Assembly: GCA_910585795.1 (NCBI GenBank) | Contig: CAJUFV010000171.1 | Location: 8,501 to 72,500 of the forward strand | Reading direction: 5' to 3' | Source: an uncultured Clostridia bacterium | Lineage (GTDB): Bacteria; Bacillota; Clostridia; UBA1381 | DNA: 64,000 nucleotides | Shown: one piece after another, positions 37,784 through 45,788 of the stretch | Layout of the letters: each line of letters begins with the position of its first letter | How positions within the stretch are numbered: the first letter of the stretch is position 1 | Translations under genes and position numbers: made by a program | The notes under the pieces: model-generated | Database searches by the model: none | What the model was told of the DNA's origin: nothing | What the model saw: only the letters and a program-made list of their open reading frames with translations

Positions 37784-37865
37784 TTGTACTCCTTTCTATC
37801 TTTTTCAGATACTTTCGCTTTAAAAATTTTTATCATAAGTGCCGGCTATTCCTTAAGATATTGTG

Positions 37866-37894
37866 ATTATATCATAAAAAGATACTTTAGTCAA
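37866..37894 (-). promoter_or_regulatory. Near-consensus sigma-A promoter for the phage-like late operon
   Basis: The minus strand reads TTGACT (37889-37894)-N17-TATAAT (37866-37871). Repeat copies at 37881-37888 and 37893-37900 fall in the spacer and over the -35. Confidence 0.55.
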
Positions 37895-37964
37895 TACTTT
37901 GTATAATTTTAGGATACTTTGTACAATATTCTGTTGTATTTTCAGATACTTTTTTGTTTATCTA

Positions 37965-37993
37965 TTGCAAAAAGTTTCAAATTATGATACTAT
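37965..37993 (+). promoter_or_regulatory. Candidate promoter for the repressor gene
   Basis: TTGCAA (37965-37970)-N17-TACTAT (37988-37993). The -10 coincides with the sixth repeat copy. Confidence 0.4.
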
Positions 37994-38077
37994 ATATATG
38001 AAAACTAATAAAATCTCATAAATTATCAATATACATATACAAAACACCTGACTGAAAAAAACAAAGGAGAATATTAT

Positions 38078-38704
38078 ATGACTACAGGAGAAAGAATTAA
38101 AAGACTTCGCAAGGAACATAATTTAACTCAGGAAGAGCTTGGAGCACATCTGGGCATACAGAAAGCCGCGATACAAAAATATGAAAAGGGTACTGTAACA
38201 AACATTAAACGTGACTCTCTTATAAAGCTTGCGCAAATTCTGGACACAACACCGGAATATCTCTTAGGCTGGGAAGACACACCATCTAATATTGAAGCCT
38301 TTGACACGTCGGATTTTATAAATATACCTATAATAGGCAGAGTTGCCGCCGGTACTACCTGTTTTGCAGATAATAATATCGTAGATTATGAACCGGTACA
38401 TAGAAGCAATATAACAAACGGTGAACAATACGCTTTTTTGAGAGTTGTGGGCGACAGTATGTATCCTGTATTTATGGAGGGTGACCTTGTGCTTGTGCGC
38501 TGTCAATCCTCCGTAGACAACGGCAGCTACGCAGTAGTTACGATTGACGGCGAGGACGGCGTTGTAAAAAAAATCATATATGGAAATGATTTTATTGAGC
38601 TTCATTCCATAAATCCGATGTACCCGCCGCGGCGTTTTGAAGGTGAGGAGGTTCTGCGAATACGTGTATTCGGCCTTGTCAAGGAAATTAAAAGAAAATT
38701 TTAG
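38078..38704 (+). CDS. cI/LexA-like self-cleaving repressor (XRE HTH + S24 peptidase)
   Basis: N-terminal HTH_XRE (ERIKRLRKEHNLTQEELGAHLGIQKAAIQKYEKG). It carries a LexA-type cleavage region IPIIGRVAAGTT (Ala-Gly), the Ser nucleophile in VVGDSMYP and Lys in GVVKKI. RBS AAAGGAG lies upstream. Confidence 0.88.
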   Translation: MTTGERIKRLRKEHNLTQEELGAHLGIQKAAIQKYEKGTVTNIKRDSLIKLAQILDTTPEYLLGWEDTPSNIEAFDTSDFINIPIIGRVAAGTTCFADNNIVDYEPVHRSNITNGEQYAFLRVVGDSMYPVFMEGDLVLVRCQSSVDNGSYAVVTIDGEDGVVKKIIYGNDFIELHSINPMYPPRRFEGEEVLRIRVFGLVKEIKRKF

Positions 38705-38779
38705 AAAAAAACGTTAAAAACGGAACAAACACAGATAAATTTACGTCTAATTAATATATAGATAAAAAGGAGCATAATA

Positions 38780-40030
38780 TTGTATCAGTACAAAACTCTC
38801 AGCAACGGGATACGAGTAGTTGCGGAAAAAATCACATATTTAAAATCCATTTCTATAGGCATATGGGTTGGAAACGGTTCAAGATACGAAAGTAAAAGAG
38901 AAAACGGTATTTCTCATTTTATTGAGCACATGCTATTTAAAGGAACACAGAACCGAAGCGCCGCTCAGATTGCGGGTGAAATAGACGCGGTCGGAGGGCA
39001 GCTTGACGCTTTTACCACACGTGAATACACTTGCTTTTATACAAAAACTCTTGACGAGCATATTCCGATAGCATTGGACATACTTTCCGATATGCTCCAT
39101 AATCCCAGACTTGACGCGGGAGATATGACTCTGGAAAGACAGGTTATAAAGGAAGAAATACGGATGTATGAGGACAGTCCTGAAGACCTTGTATATGATT
39201 TGTCGTCATATGCCGTTTGGGGCGATACTCCGATGGGCAGGACAATCCTTGGCACATATGAAAGCCTTGACGGAATAAATCCCGATATTATGCGCTCATA
39301 TATGCATAATCATTACACAAGCGCCAATACTATAATATCAGTATCAGGAAATTTTAATGATAATTTCTTTGACCTGCTTGAAAAATATTTCGGTCAATCC
39401 GATATTACAGATACAGTTCCGTCACTTCCAGAAGCGCCGTATCTCAGCAGACGCAATATTGTGCGTACAAAGGATATTGAACAGGTACAGCTTGTATCAA
39501 CCTTCCGTGGTATTGACGTAATGGATGAAAGTGTATACAGCCTTCTTGTATTCAATAATATATTCGGCAGCGGAATGTCGTCAAGACTGTTTCAGAATAT
39601 ACGCGAACAGCGCGGTCTTGTATACTCAATCAGTGCGGGTCACAGCGCGTATATCAATACAGGTGTATTTGATATATGCGCGGGAATGAGTCCGGAAAGT
39701 CTTGAAGAGGTAGCCTCGCTGATTTCAAAGGAAATAAATACAATAAAACGCTTTAAGCTTACAAAGGACGAGGTTGAACGCTCAAAGGAACAGCTCAAGG
39801 GAAATTATATACTCGCGGGTGAAAGCACAGGCGCAAGAATGCAGGGCGCCGGACGCTCACTGCTGCTCGGAAAACCCATATATACACAGGATGAGGTTAT
39901 ACGCAAAATTGAAGCGGTAAATACCGCCTCCGTCGCGGACATTATCGACTGCGTGCTTGACAGCAGTACACTATGCGTATCTGCCGTCGGACCGGTTGAT
40001 AATGTCGAAAACCTGTTTACACTCGATTAA
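38780..40030 (+). CDS. M16-family zinc peptidase (insulinase-like), TTG start
   Basis: 416 aa with the inverted zinc motif HFIEHMLFKG (HxxEH). RBS AAAGGAG lies 8 nt before TTG. Confidence 0.85.
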   Translation: MYQYKTLSNGIRVVAEKITYLKSISIGIWVGNGSRYESKRENGISHFIEHMLFKGTQNRSAAQIAGEIDAVGGQLDAFTTREYTCFYTKTLDEHIPIALDILSDMLHNPRLDAGDMTLERQVIKEEIRMYEDSPEDLVYDLSSYAVWGDTPMGRTILGTYESLDGINPDIMRSYMHNHYTSANTIISVSGNFNDNFFDLLEKYFGQSDITDTVPSLPEAPYLSRRNIVRTKDIEQVQLVSTFRGIDVMDESVYSLLVFNNIFGSGMSSRLFQNIREQRGLVYSISAGHSAYINTGVFDICAGMSPESLEEVASLISKEINTIKRFKLTKDEVERSKEQLKGNYILAGESTGARMQGAGRSLLLGKPIYTQDEVIRKIEAVNTASVADIIDCVLDSSTLCVSAVGPVDNVENLFTLD

Positions 40031-40152
40031 AAATTACAAAAAAGATAAATTTTATATAAATTTTTTAATTAAACACTTGCAATTTGCTTGTTTTTGTAAT
40101 ATCCTATATCTAGTGGATTGCTATGTATAATACAATGAAAGGGTGAATAATC

Positions 40153-40404
40153 ATGGAATTTAACGAGACAATGAAAATCAACCTTGAGTTCGACAAGGAA
40201 CAAGAGGTAAAAGAAATAGTTTCTAAAGTATATGAAGCTCTGAAAATTAAAGGCTATGACCCTATCAGTCAGATAGTCGGATATATTCTTTCCGGTGACC
40301 CGACCTACATAACCAGCTACAACGGTGCGAGAGGTCTTATCGTCAAGATTGAACGTGATGAACTGCTTGAAGAGTTCGCAAAGACCTATATCAGAACACT
40401 TTAA
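40153..40404 (+). CDS. ireB: IreB-family regulatory phosphoprotein (UPF0297)
   Basis: 83 aa. [38 protein letters not shown] is the hallmark UPF0297/IreB sequence. Confidence 0.85.
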   Translation: MEFNETMKINLEFDKEQEVKEIVSKVYEALKIKGYDPISQIVGYILSGDPTYITSYNGARGLIVKIERDELLEEFAKTYIRTL

Positions 40405-40436
40405 TATACTGCAAAACAATACTATGAAAAATATCT

Positions 40437-40478
40437 AAAAGACAAGGGTGTCAAAGTATCCTTGTCTTTTTATTTTTT
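40437..40478 (+). terminator. Rho-independent terminator after ireB
   Basis: Stem gacaagg (40441-40447) / ccttgtc (40460-40466), extended by A/T pairs, then TTTTTATTTTTT. Confidence 0.75.
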
Positions 40479-40498
40479 ATGAAAGATAATAAAAAGTG

Positions 40499-40527
40499 TT
40501 GAATTTTGAATAAAAACAGTATATAAT
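40499..40527 (+). promoter_or_regulatory. Candidate sigma-A promoter for purF
   Basis: TTGAAT (40499-40504)-N17-TATAAT (40522-40527). The leader to the purF ATG is about 55 nt, so no riboswitch-sized element fits. Confidence 0.55.
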
Positions 40528-40591
40528 TAAATAGCATTAGAATTTTTATACAAAGCAAAGGCGTTTTGTTATTTGAGGGAGTGTAAAAATT

Positions 40592-41977
40592 ATGCAAAAA
40601 GACAGAAGAATTGGTGAGGAATGCGGAGTATTCGCTATATATGACCCTGACGGTGAATGCGCGAAAAACACATATTACGGACTTTACGCGCTTCAGCACA
40701 GAGGACAGGAAAGCTGTGGCATAGCGGTTAACAATAATCGTAATATTACACATTACAAGGATATGGGGCTTGTAAATGACGTGTTTAATGATAAAATACT
40801 CACCAAGCTCAGCGGCACAATGGCAGTGGGGCATGTCCGCTATTCCACGACGGGAGAAAGTATGCGTGAAAACGCGCAGCCGCTTGTTTTGCGGTACAGC
40901 AAGGGCAATATTGCCATTGCACATAACGGAAATCTCGTTAACAAAGATACTCTTGCTCGTGAGCTGAGTATTACAGGCGCTATTTTTCAAACAACAACCG
41001 ATACAGAAATGATTGCGTATACCATAGCCAAGGAACGGCTCAAATCAGGAAGTATAGAAGCGGCTGTAGAAAAATCAATAAATCGGCTTATCGGCTCATT
41101 TTCACTTATTGTTATGAGTCCGCAAAAGCTGATAGCGGCACGCGACCCATGGGGGTTCAGACCGTTATGCATGGGCAGAAAAGGAAACGCTGTTATCTTT
41201 GCTTCAGAAAGCTGCGCTCTAGACTCCATAGGCGCAGATTTTGAGCGTGATTTGCTGCCTGGTGAAATTATAATTGTAAAAAACGGCGAAATCAAAAGCA
41301 TAACAACACATACAAACAAAAAACCTCATTCAATGTGTATATTTGAATATCTTTATTTTGCCCGTCCCGACAGTATAATTGAGGGACAATCCGTGCATGA
41401 CTCGCGAATGCTTGCAGGTAAATATTTAGCGCAGGAATATCCGGCTGAAGCAGATGTAGTAATAGGAGTGCCGGATTCCGGACTAAGCGCGGCAATGGGC
41501 TTCGCCAAGGAATCAAAAATCCCGTACGGCATCGGCTTTGTAAAAAATAAATACATAGGCAGAACCTTCATTCAGCCGTCACAGTCAATGCGTGAAAATT
41601 CGGTAAGAATCAAGCTGAATGTTTTAAAAAGTACCGTGGAAAACAAACGTGTTGTTATGGTAGATGATTCTATTGTCCGCGGAACGACTTCAAAAAGGAT
41701 TGTAAAGCTTCTAAGAAGCTTCGGCGCGAATGAGGTACATGTACGCTCGTCAGCTCCGCCGTTTATGTGGCCGTGCTATTTCGGAACTGACATTCCGTCC
41801 CGTGACCAGCTTGTGGCGTGTAAATACAACATGGAAGAAATACGGAAGCTTATCGGCGCGGACAGTATAGGATTTTTAAGCACAGACGCGCTGAAAAAAA
41901 TTATTCCCGACGCGCGCTGCGGTTATTGTGACGGATGCTTCAGCGGCAGGTATCCTGTTGATATACAGACAGAATAA
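40592..41977 (+). CDS. purF: Amidophosphoribosyltransferase (canonical, [4Fe-4S]-type with propeptide)
   Basis: The propeptide MQKDRRIGEE is followed by the catalytic CGVFAIY. Also present are YYGLYALQHRGQES, the AHNGNLVN oxyanion block, the PRPP motif VVMVDDSIVRGTT, and Cys ligands (MCIFEY, WPCYFG, CGYCDGC). Confidence 0.95.
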   Translation: MQKDRRIGEECGVFAIYDPDGECAKNTYYGLYALQHRGQESCGIAVNNNRNITHYKDMGLVNDVFNDKILTKLSGTMAVGHVRYSTTGESMRENAQPLVLRYSKGNIAIAHNGNLVNKDTLARELSITGAIFQTTTDTEMIAYTIAKERLKSGSIEAAVEKSINRLIGSFSLIVMSPQKLIAARDPWGFRPLCMGRKGNAVIFASESCALDSIGADFERDLLPGEIIIVKNGEIKSITTHTNKKPHSMCIFEYLYFARPDSIIEGQSVHDSRMLAGKYLAQEYPAEADVVIGVPDSGLSAAMGFAKESKIPYGIGFVKNKYIGRTFIQPSQSMRENSVRIKLNVLKSTVENKRVVMVDDSIVRGTTSKRIVKLLRSFGANEVHVRSSAPPFMWPCYFGTDIPSRDQLVACKYNMEEIRKLIGADSIGFLSTDALKKIIPDARCGYCDGCFSGRYPVDIQTE

Positions 41978-42025
41978 TAAAACAATTCAAAATAAATTTA
42001 TAACAAAATAAGAAAGGGGCTTTTT

Positions 42026-43444
42026 ATGGGAGGTATATTCGGCGTAATAAGCAAAAAAAACTGCGTATTGGATTTGTTCTTTGGTATTGACTATCATTCA
42101 CATCTGGGAACAAAACGCGGCGGCATGGTAGTGTATGGTAAGGACGGCTTCAACCGTTCGATACATAATATTGAAAATTCACCGTTCCGCACAAAATTTG
42201 AACGTGACGTGAATGAAATGGAAGGTAATTCAGGCATAGGCTGTATTTCAGACAACGAACCCCAGCCGCTTATTGTGCGTTCGCATCTGGGTAATTTTGC
42301 GATTACTACCGTAGGACTTATAAGCAATACGGACGAGCTTCTGGAAATGGCTTATAAAAAGGGCAATCCGCATTTTCTTGAGCAAAGCGGCGGCAATATT
42401 AACCAGACGGAGCTTGTCGCGTCTATAATCAATCAGGAGGATGACATTGTCAAGGGTATTCAGCTTGCGCAGAGCGTGATAAAAGGCTCAATGAGCATGC
42501 TTGTACTCACTCCTAAAGGCATGTACGCCGCGCGTGATAAAATGGGTCGTACGCCTATTATTATCGGTCATAAGGAGGACAGCTTCTGCGCGTCCTTTGA
42601 AAGCTTCGCGTATCTGAATCTTGGTTATACGGATTATAAAAACCTCGGCCCCGCTGAGATTGTTTTTATAACACCGGACGGCGTGGAAACTGTTTCACCG
42701 CCTGCCGATGAAATGAAAATATGTACCTTCCTCTGGATTTACTACGGATACCCGACATCATGCTATGAAGGAATAAACGTGGAAAATATGCGTTACCGCT
42801 GCGGCGAAAAATTAGCGGCACGCGACAGAGAGGACGGCAATGTAAAGCCTGATATAGTAGCAGGTGTGCCTGATTCAGGTATTGCTCATGCCATCGGCTA
42901 CGCGAACAAATCAGGTATCCCGTTCGCAAGACCATTTATTAAGTATACACCCACATGGCCCCGTTCATTTATGCCTCCAAGTCAGATGCAGAGAAATCTT
43001 ATAGCAAAAATGAAGCTTATTCCGGTGGAAGAGCTTATTCATGATAAAAGCCTTCTGCTCATAGATGATTCCATTGTACGAGGCACACAGCTCCGTGAAA
43101 CAACAGAATTTCTGTATGACAGCGGAGCAAAGGAAGTGCACATACGTCCAGCGTGTCCTCCCATTATGTTTGGCTGCAAATATCTGAATTTTTCACGCTC
43201 AACATCTGAGCTTGACCTTATTGCGAGACGGATTATAAAGAAACGCGAGGGTGACGATGTTCCGAAAGAAGTGCTTGAGGATTACGCGAACCCAGAAAGT
43301 CAGAATTACAAAGAAATGCTGAACGAAATTTGTCAGGAACTTAATTTCACTTCGCTTCGTTTTCACAGACTCGATGACATGATTGAATCCGTCGGCCTGC
43401 CTGAATGTAAGCTCTGCACATACTGCTGGAACGGAAAAGAATAA
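42026..43444 (+). CDS. PurF-like amidophosphoribosyltransferase paralog lacking the N-terminal catalytic cysteine
   Basis: The protein starts MGGIFGV (atg gga ggt), so the Ntn Cys is replaced by Gly. The LQHRGQ and HNGN blocks are degenerate. The PRTase motif LLLIDDSIVRGTQ and the Cys positions equivalent to the Fe-S ligands are retained (KICTFLW, FGCKYLNF, CKLCTYC). RBS GAAAGGGG lies upstream. Confidence 0.85.
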   Translation: MGGIFGVISKKNCVLDLFFGIDYHSHLGTKRGGMVVYGKDGFNRSIHNIENSPFRTKFERDVNEMEGNSGIGCISDNEPQPLIVRSHLGNFAITTVGLISNTDELLEMAYKKGNPHFLEQSGGNINQTELVASIINQEDDIVKGIQLAQSVIKGSMSMLVLTPKGMYAARDKMGRTPIIIGHKEDSFCASFESFAYLNLGYTDYKNLGPAEIVFITPDGVETVSPPADEMKICTFLWIYYGYPTSCYEGINVENMRYRCGEKLAARDREDGNVKPDIVAGVPDSGIAHAIGYANKSGIPFARPFIKYTPTWPRSFMPPSQMQRNLIAKMKLIPVEELIHDKSLLLIDDSIVRGTQLRETTEFLYDSGAKEVHIRPACPPIMFGCKYLNFSRSTSELDLIARRIIKKREGDDVPKEVLEDYANPESQNYKEMLNEICQELNFTSLRFHRLDDMIESVGLPECKLCTYCWNGKE

Positions 43445-43465
43445 TTAAAAAGAGAGATTAAGGAA

Positions 43466-44803
43466 ATGATTACTGATTTAACCGAGGGAAAGCCCTCAAA
43501 AGTATTATGGAGCTTTTCAATACCAATGCTGTTAAGTGTGGTATTTCAGCAGCTTTATAATATTGTTGACAGTGTCGTAGCCGGAAAATTTGTAGGCGCC
43601 CGCGCATTAGCCGCAGTGGGCGCTTCTTATCCGATTACGATGATTTTTATGGCAGTTGCTACAGGCGCGAATGTTGGAGCGGCGGTTATAATTTCGCAGT
43701 TTTTCGGCGCGAAAAAATTTGAAAAGCTGAAAACCTCAGTTTTTACCTCTGTCATTTCAATAGTTGTTCTTGCGGCGGCGTTAACAATATTCGGAATTAT
43801 ATTCTGCGGCAGTATGCTGAATATGCTGAATACACCAGAAGAAATTTTTGAAGATTCGTCACTGTATCTGAATATTTACATATACGGCCTTATATTTTTG
43901 TTTTTATATAACATATGCACCGGCATATTCACTGCTCTGGGCGACAGTAAAACTCCTCTGTATTTTCTTATAGCGTCCTCTGTGGGAAATATTATTCTTG
44001 ACCTTGTTTTTGTAATTACATTTAATATGGGCGTTGCCGGAGTTGCGTGGGCGACCTTTATGGCTCAGGGACTTTCATCACTGCTCGCGTTTTTTGTAAT
44101 GCTTAAAAGGATAAGAGCTATAAAATCCGGACAATATAAAAAATTCTCATTCTCTATGCTTGGACGTATTTCACGCGTCGCAGTTCCGAGTATTTTACAG
44201 CAAAGCTTTGTATCAGTAGGAAATCTATTTATACAAAGCCGTGTAAATAGCTTCGGCGCAGACGTAATCGCCGGATACAGCGCGGCAATAAAGCTGAACA
44301 CTTTTGCGATAACAAGCTTCTCGACACTTGGAAACGCAATGTCCAGCTATACAGCGCAGAACATAGGCGCTCAAAAACTGAAACGTATTCCTCAGGGGCT
44401 AAAAGCCGGAATAATTATGCTTATTGTAGTAGCAATACCATTTTTTATCGCTTATTTCTTCTGCTCAAACGCTATGATGAATGTATTTGTAAACAGAAGT
44501 GAAACAAATATCATAGACGCGGGAAAAATTTTCCTCAGAATAGTCGCTCCGTTTTATTTTATTATAGCGATAAAGCTAGTAGCGGACGGTATACTTCGCG
44601 GCGCCGGACTTATGAAAGCATTTATGACAGCAACATTTTCAGATTTACTTCTGCGCGTTGTGCTTGCGTATGTTCTGTCATACACAATGAATTCAGAAAT
44701 CGGAATATGGCTGTCATGGCCTGTAGGCTGGACTATAGCGATGATTCTTTCATGCGTATTTTACGGGCAGTATTATAAAAATATTATAATAAAAAACAGA
44801 TAA
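43466..44803 (+). CDS. MATE-family efflux transporter
   Basis: 445 aa with 12 predicted TM helices. The N-terminal KVLWSFSIPMLLSVVFQQLYNIVDSVVAGKFVG is typical of MATE/NorM-like proteins. Confidence 0.9.
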   Translation: MITDLTEGKPSKVLWSFSIPMLLSVVFQQLYNIVDSVVAGKFVGARALAAVGASYPITMIFMAVATGANVGAAVIISQFFGAKKFEKLKTSVFTSVISIVVLAAALTIFGIIFCGSMLNMLNTPEEIFEDSSLYLNIYIYGLIFLFLYNICTGIFTALGDSKTPLYFLIASSVGNIILDLVFVITFNMGVAGVAWATFMAQGLSSLLAFFVMLKRIRAIKSGQYKKFSFSMLGRISRVAVPSILQQSFVSVGNLFIQSRVNSFGADVIAGYSAAIKLNTFAITSFSTLGNAMSSYTAQNIGAQKLKRIPQGLKAGIIMLIVVAIPFFIAYFFCSNAMMNVFVNRSETNIIDAGKIFLRIVAPFYFIIAIKLVADGILRGAGLMKAFMTATFSDLLLRVVLAYVLSYTMNSEIGIWLSWPVGWTIAMILSCVFYGQYYKNIIIKNR

Positions 44804-44823
44804 CAGATGTTATCTGTTTTTTT
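44795..44823 (+). terminator. Rho-independent terminator after the MATE gene
   Basis: 10-bp perfect stem aacagataac / gttatctgtt with loop agat, followed by a T-run. The stop codon lies inside the stem. Confidence 0.75.
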
Positions 44824-45299
44824 ATCACTCATCTTCAAAATATTCTTTAACAGCGTATAAATACTCTGAAACTGTTTTTAAAATTCTTCTCGCCGTAATA
44901 TGATAATACACAGCTAAATATATTTGACATGTCATCGCCTTTTTCTTTGTTTTCTTCCTTTTATTTGGTTATTACAGTAAAGCTTAAACTTACGAAGAAG
45001 CTGAGTATTCCACAAAAAATTAAGTTCTCCATTGACTGTTTTAAGAAGTTTCCAAAAAGGTGAATCAAAATCTCTCCTTGGGATTTTTGCTTCTTTTTAC
45101 CGCAAAAAGAAGCAAGCTACATACAAAAAATACAATAATACCGTAAAAAAAATAATATGCTTTGTTCATAGAAAAGCACAATAATACAGGAAAAAATTTC
45201 TTTCATAAAAATTTGTATTTTTTTGCAATAATTGACTACTCCGGATTGTATAATATATGTATTTGCAAATACGGTAAGTAACAGAAAGGAGCGAACAAA

Positions 45300-45788
45300 A
45301 TGACCGACAGCGAAAAGCAGTACTTTTCGAATATGTATGAAGCATACGCAAAAGCTGTTTACGGCGTATGTCTATTGTATCTCAAAAACAAAGACGACGC
45401 TGAAGAAGCAGCTGGCGAAGCGTTTATACGGCTTATGGAAAGTAAGCCCGAATTCAAAAATGACAGTCACGCGAAAGCGTATCTTATAAAGACTTCTGTT
45501 AATATATGCAAGAATTTATTAAAATCTGGCTGGAGGAAAAATGTAGTCCATGACGAGGATGTACTAATGTACATGACCACCTCTGAGGAAAGAGGTATCA
45601 TGGAGGAAATTTTATCACTGCCCCCAAAATACAGGGTTACATTATACATGCATTATTATCAGGGCTACACGGCACAGGAAATTGCCGATATTATGAATAT
45701 ATCTCTTTCGGCGGTACTGTCCCGTCTGTCACGCGGGCGCAAACGGCTGAAGGACATTTTAACAGAGGGAGGTTTTTACTATGCATAA
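45300..45788 (+). CDS. ECF-type sigma-70 family RNA polymerase sigma factor
   Basis: 162 aa with region 2 (DAEEAAGEAFIRL) and a region 4 HTH (GYTAQEIADIMNISLSAVLSRLSRGRKRL). RBS AAAGGAG lies upstream. Confidence 0.9.
   Translation: MTDSEKQYFSNMYEAYAKAVYGVCLLYLKNKDDAEEAAGEAFIRLMESKPEFKNDSHAKAYLIKTSVNICKNLLKSGWRKNVVHDEDVLMYMTTSEERGIMEEILSLPPKYRVTLYMHYYQGYTAQEIADIMNISLSAVLSRLSRGRKRLKDILTEGGFYYA

Larger units (their letters stand above)
37802..37993 (+). repeat. Array of six same-orientation (G)ATACTTT-type repeats in the divergent control region
   Basis: GATACTTT occurs at 37808, 37881, 37913 and 37945. AATACTTT occurs at 37893 and GATACTAT at 37986. Extended units are TTTTCAGATACTTT (37802-37815 and 37939-37952) and ATACTTTGTA (37894-37903 and 37914-37923). 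Confidence 0.7.
25339..38704. mobile_element. 13.4-kb phage-like element: repressor plus one packaging/head/tail/lysis operon, no integrase or replication module (GTA-like / defective-prophage candidate)
   Basis: Contiguous minus-strand genes from the Zn-ribbon ORF and TerS fragment through to the endolysin, with a divergent XRE/S24 repressor. Both flanks are core metabolism (purE on the left, M16 peptidase/ireB/purF on the right). Confidence 0.75.

Noticed and set aside
38078-38704. The possibility that the S24 repressor is the host LexA rather than an element-encoded repressor.
   Set aside because: The N-terminal domain is an XRE-type HTH (RLRKEHNLTQEELG...IQKYEKG), not the LexA winged-helix domain. 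The gene is also divergently coupled to the late operon through a shared repeat-rich control region.
44824-45299. A 476-bp non-coding gap between the MATE gene and the ECF sigma gene. It has a 12-bp perfect A/T-rich hairpin (45087-45115) and short hydrophobic minus-strand ORFs, for example MNKAYYFFYGIIVFFVCSLLLFAVKRSKNPKERF from about 45170.
   Set aside because: None of the short ORFs has an RBS, and the region shows no transposase-like or repeat signature. The hairpin is almost entirely A/T. I treat the gap as promoter or spacer DNA, although a gene remnant cannot be excluded.
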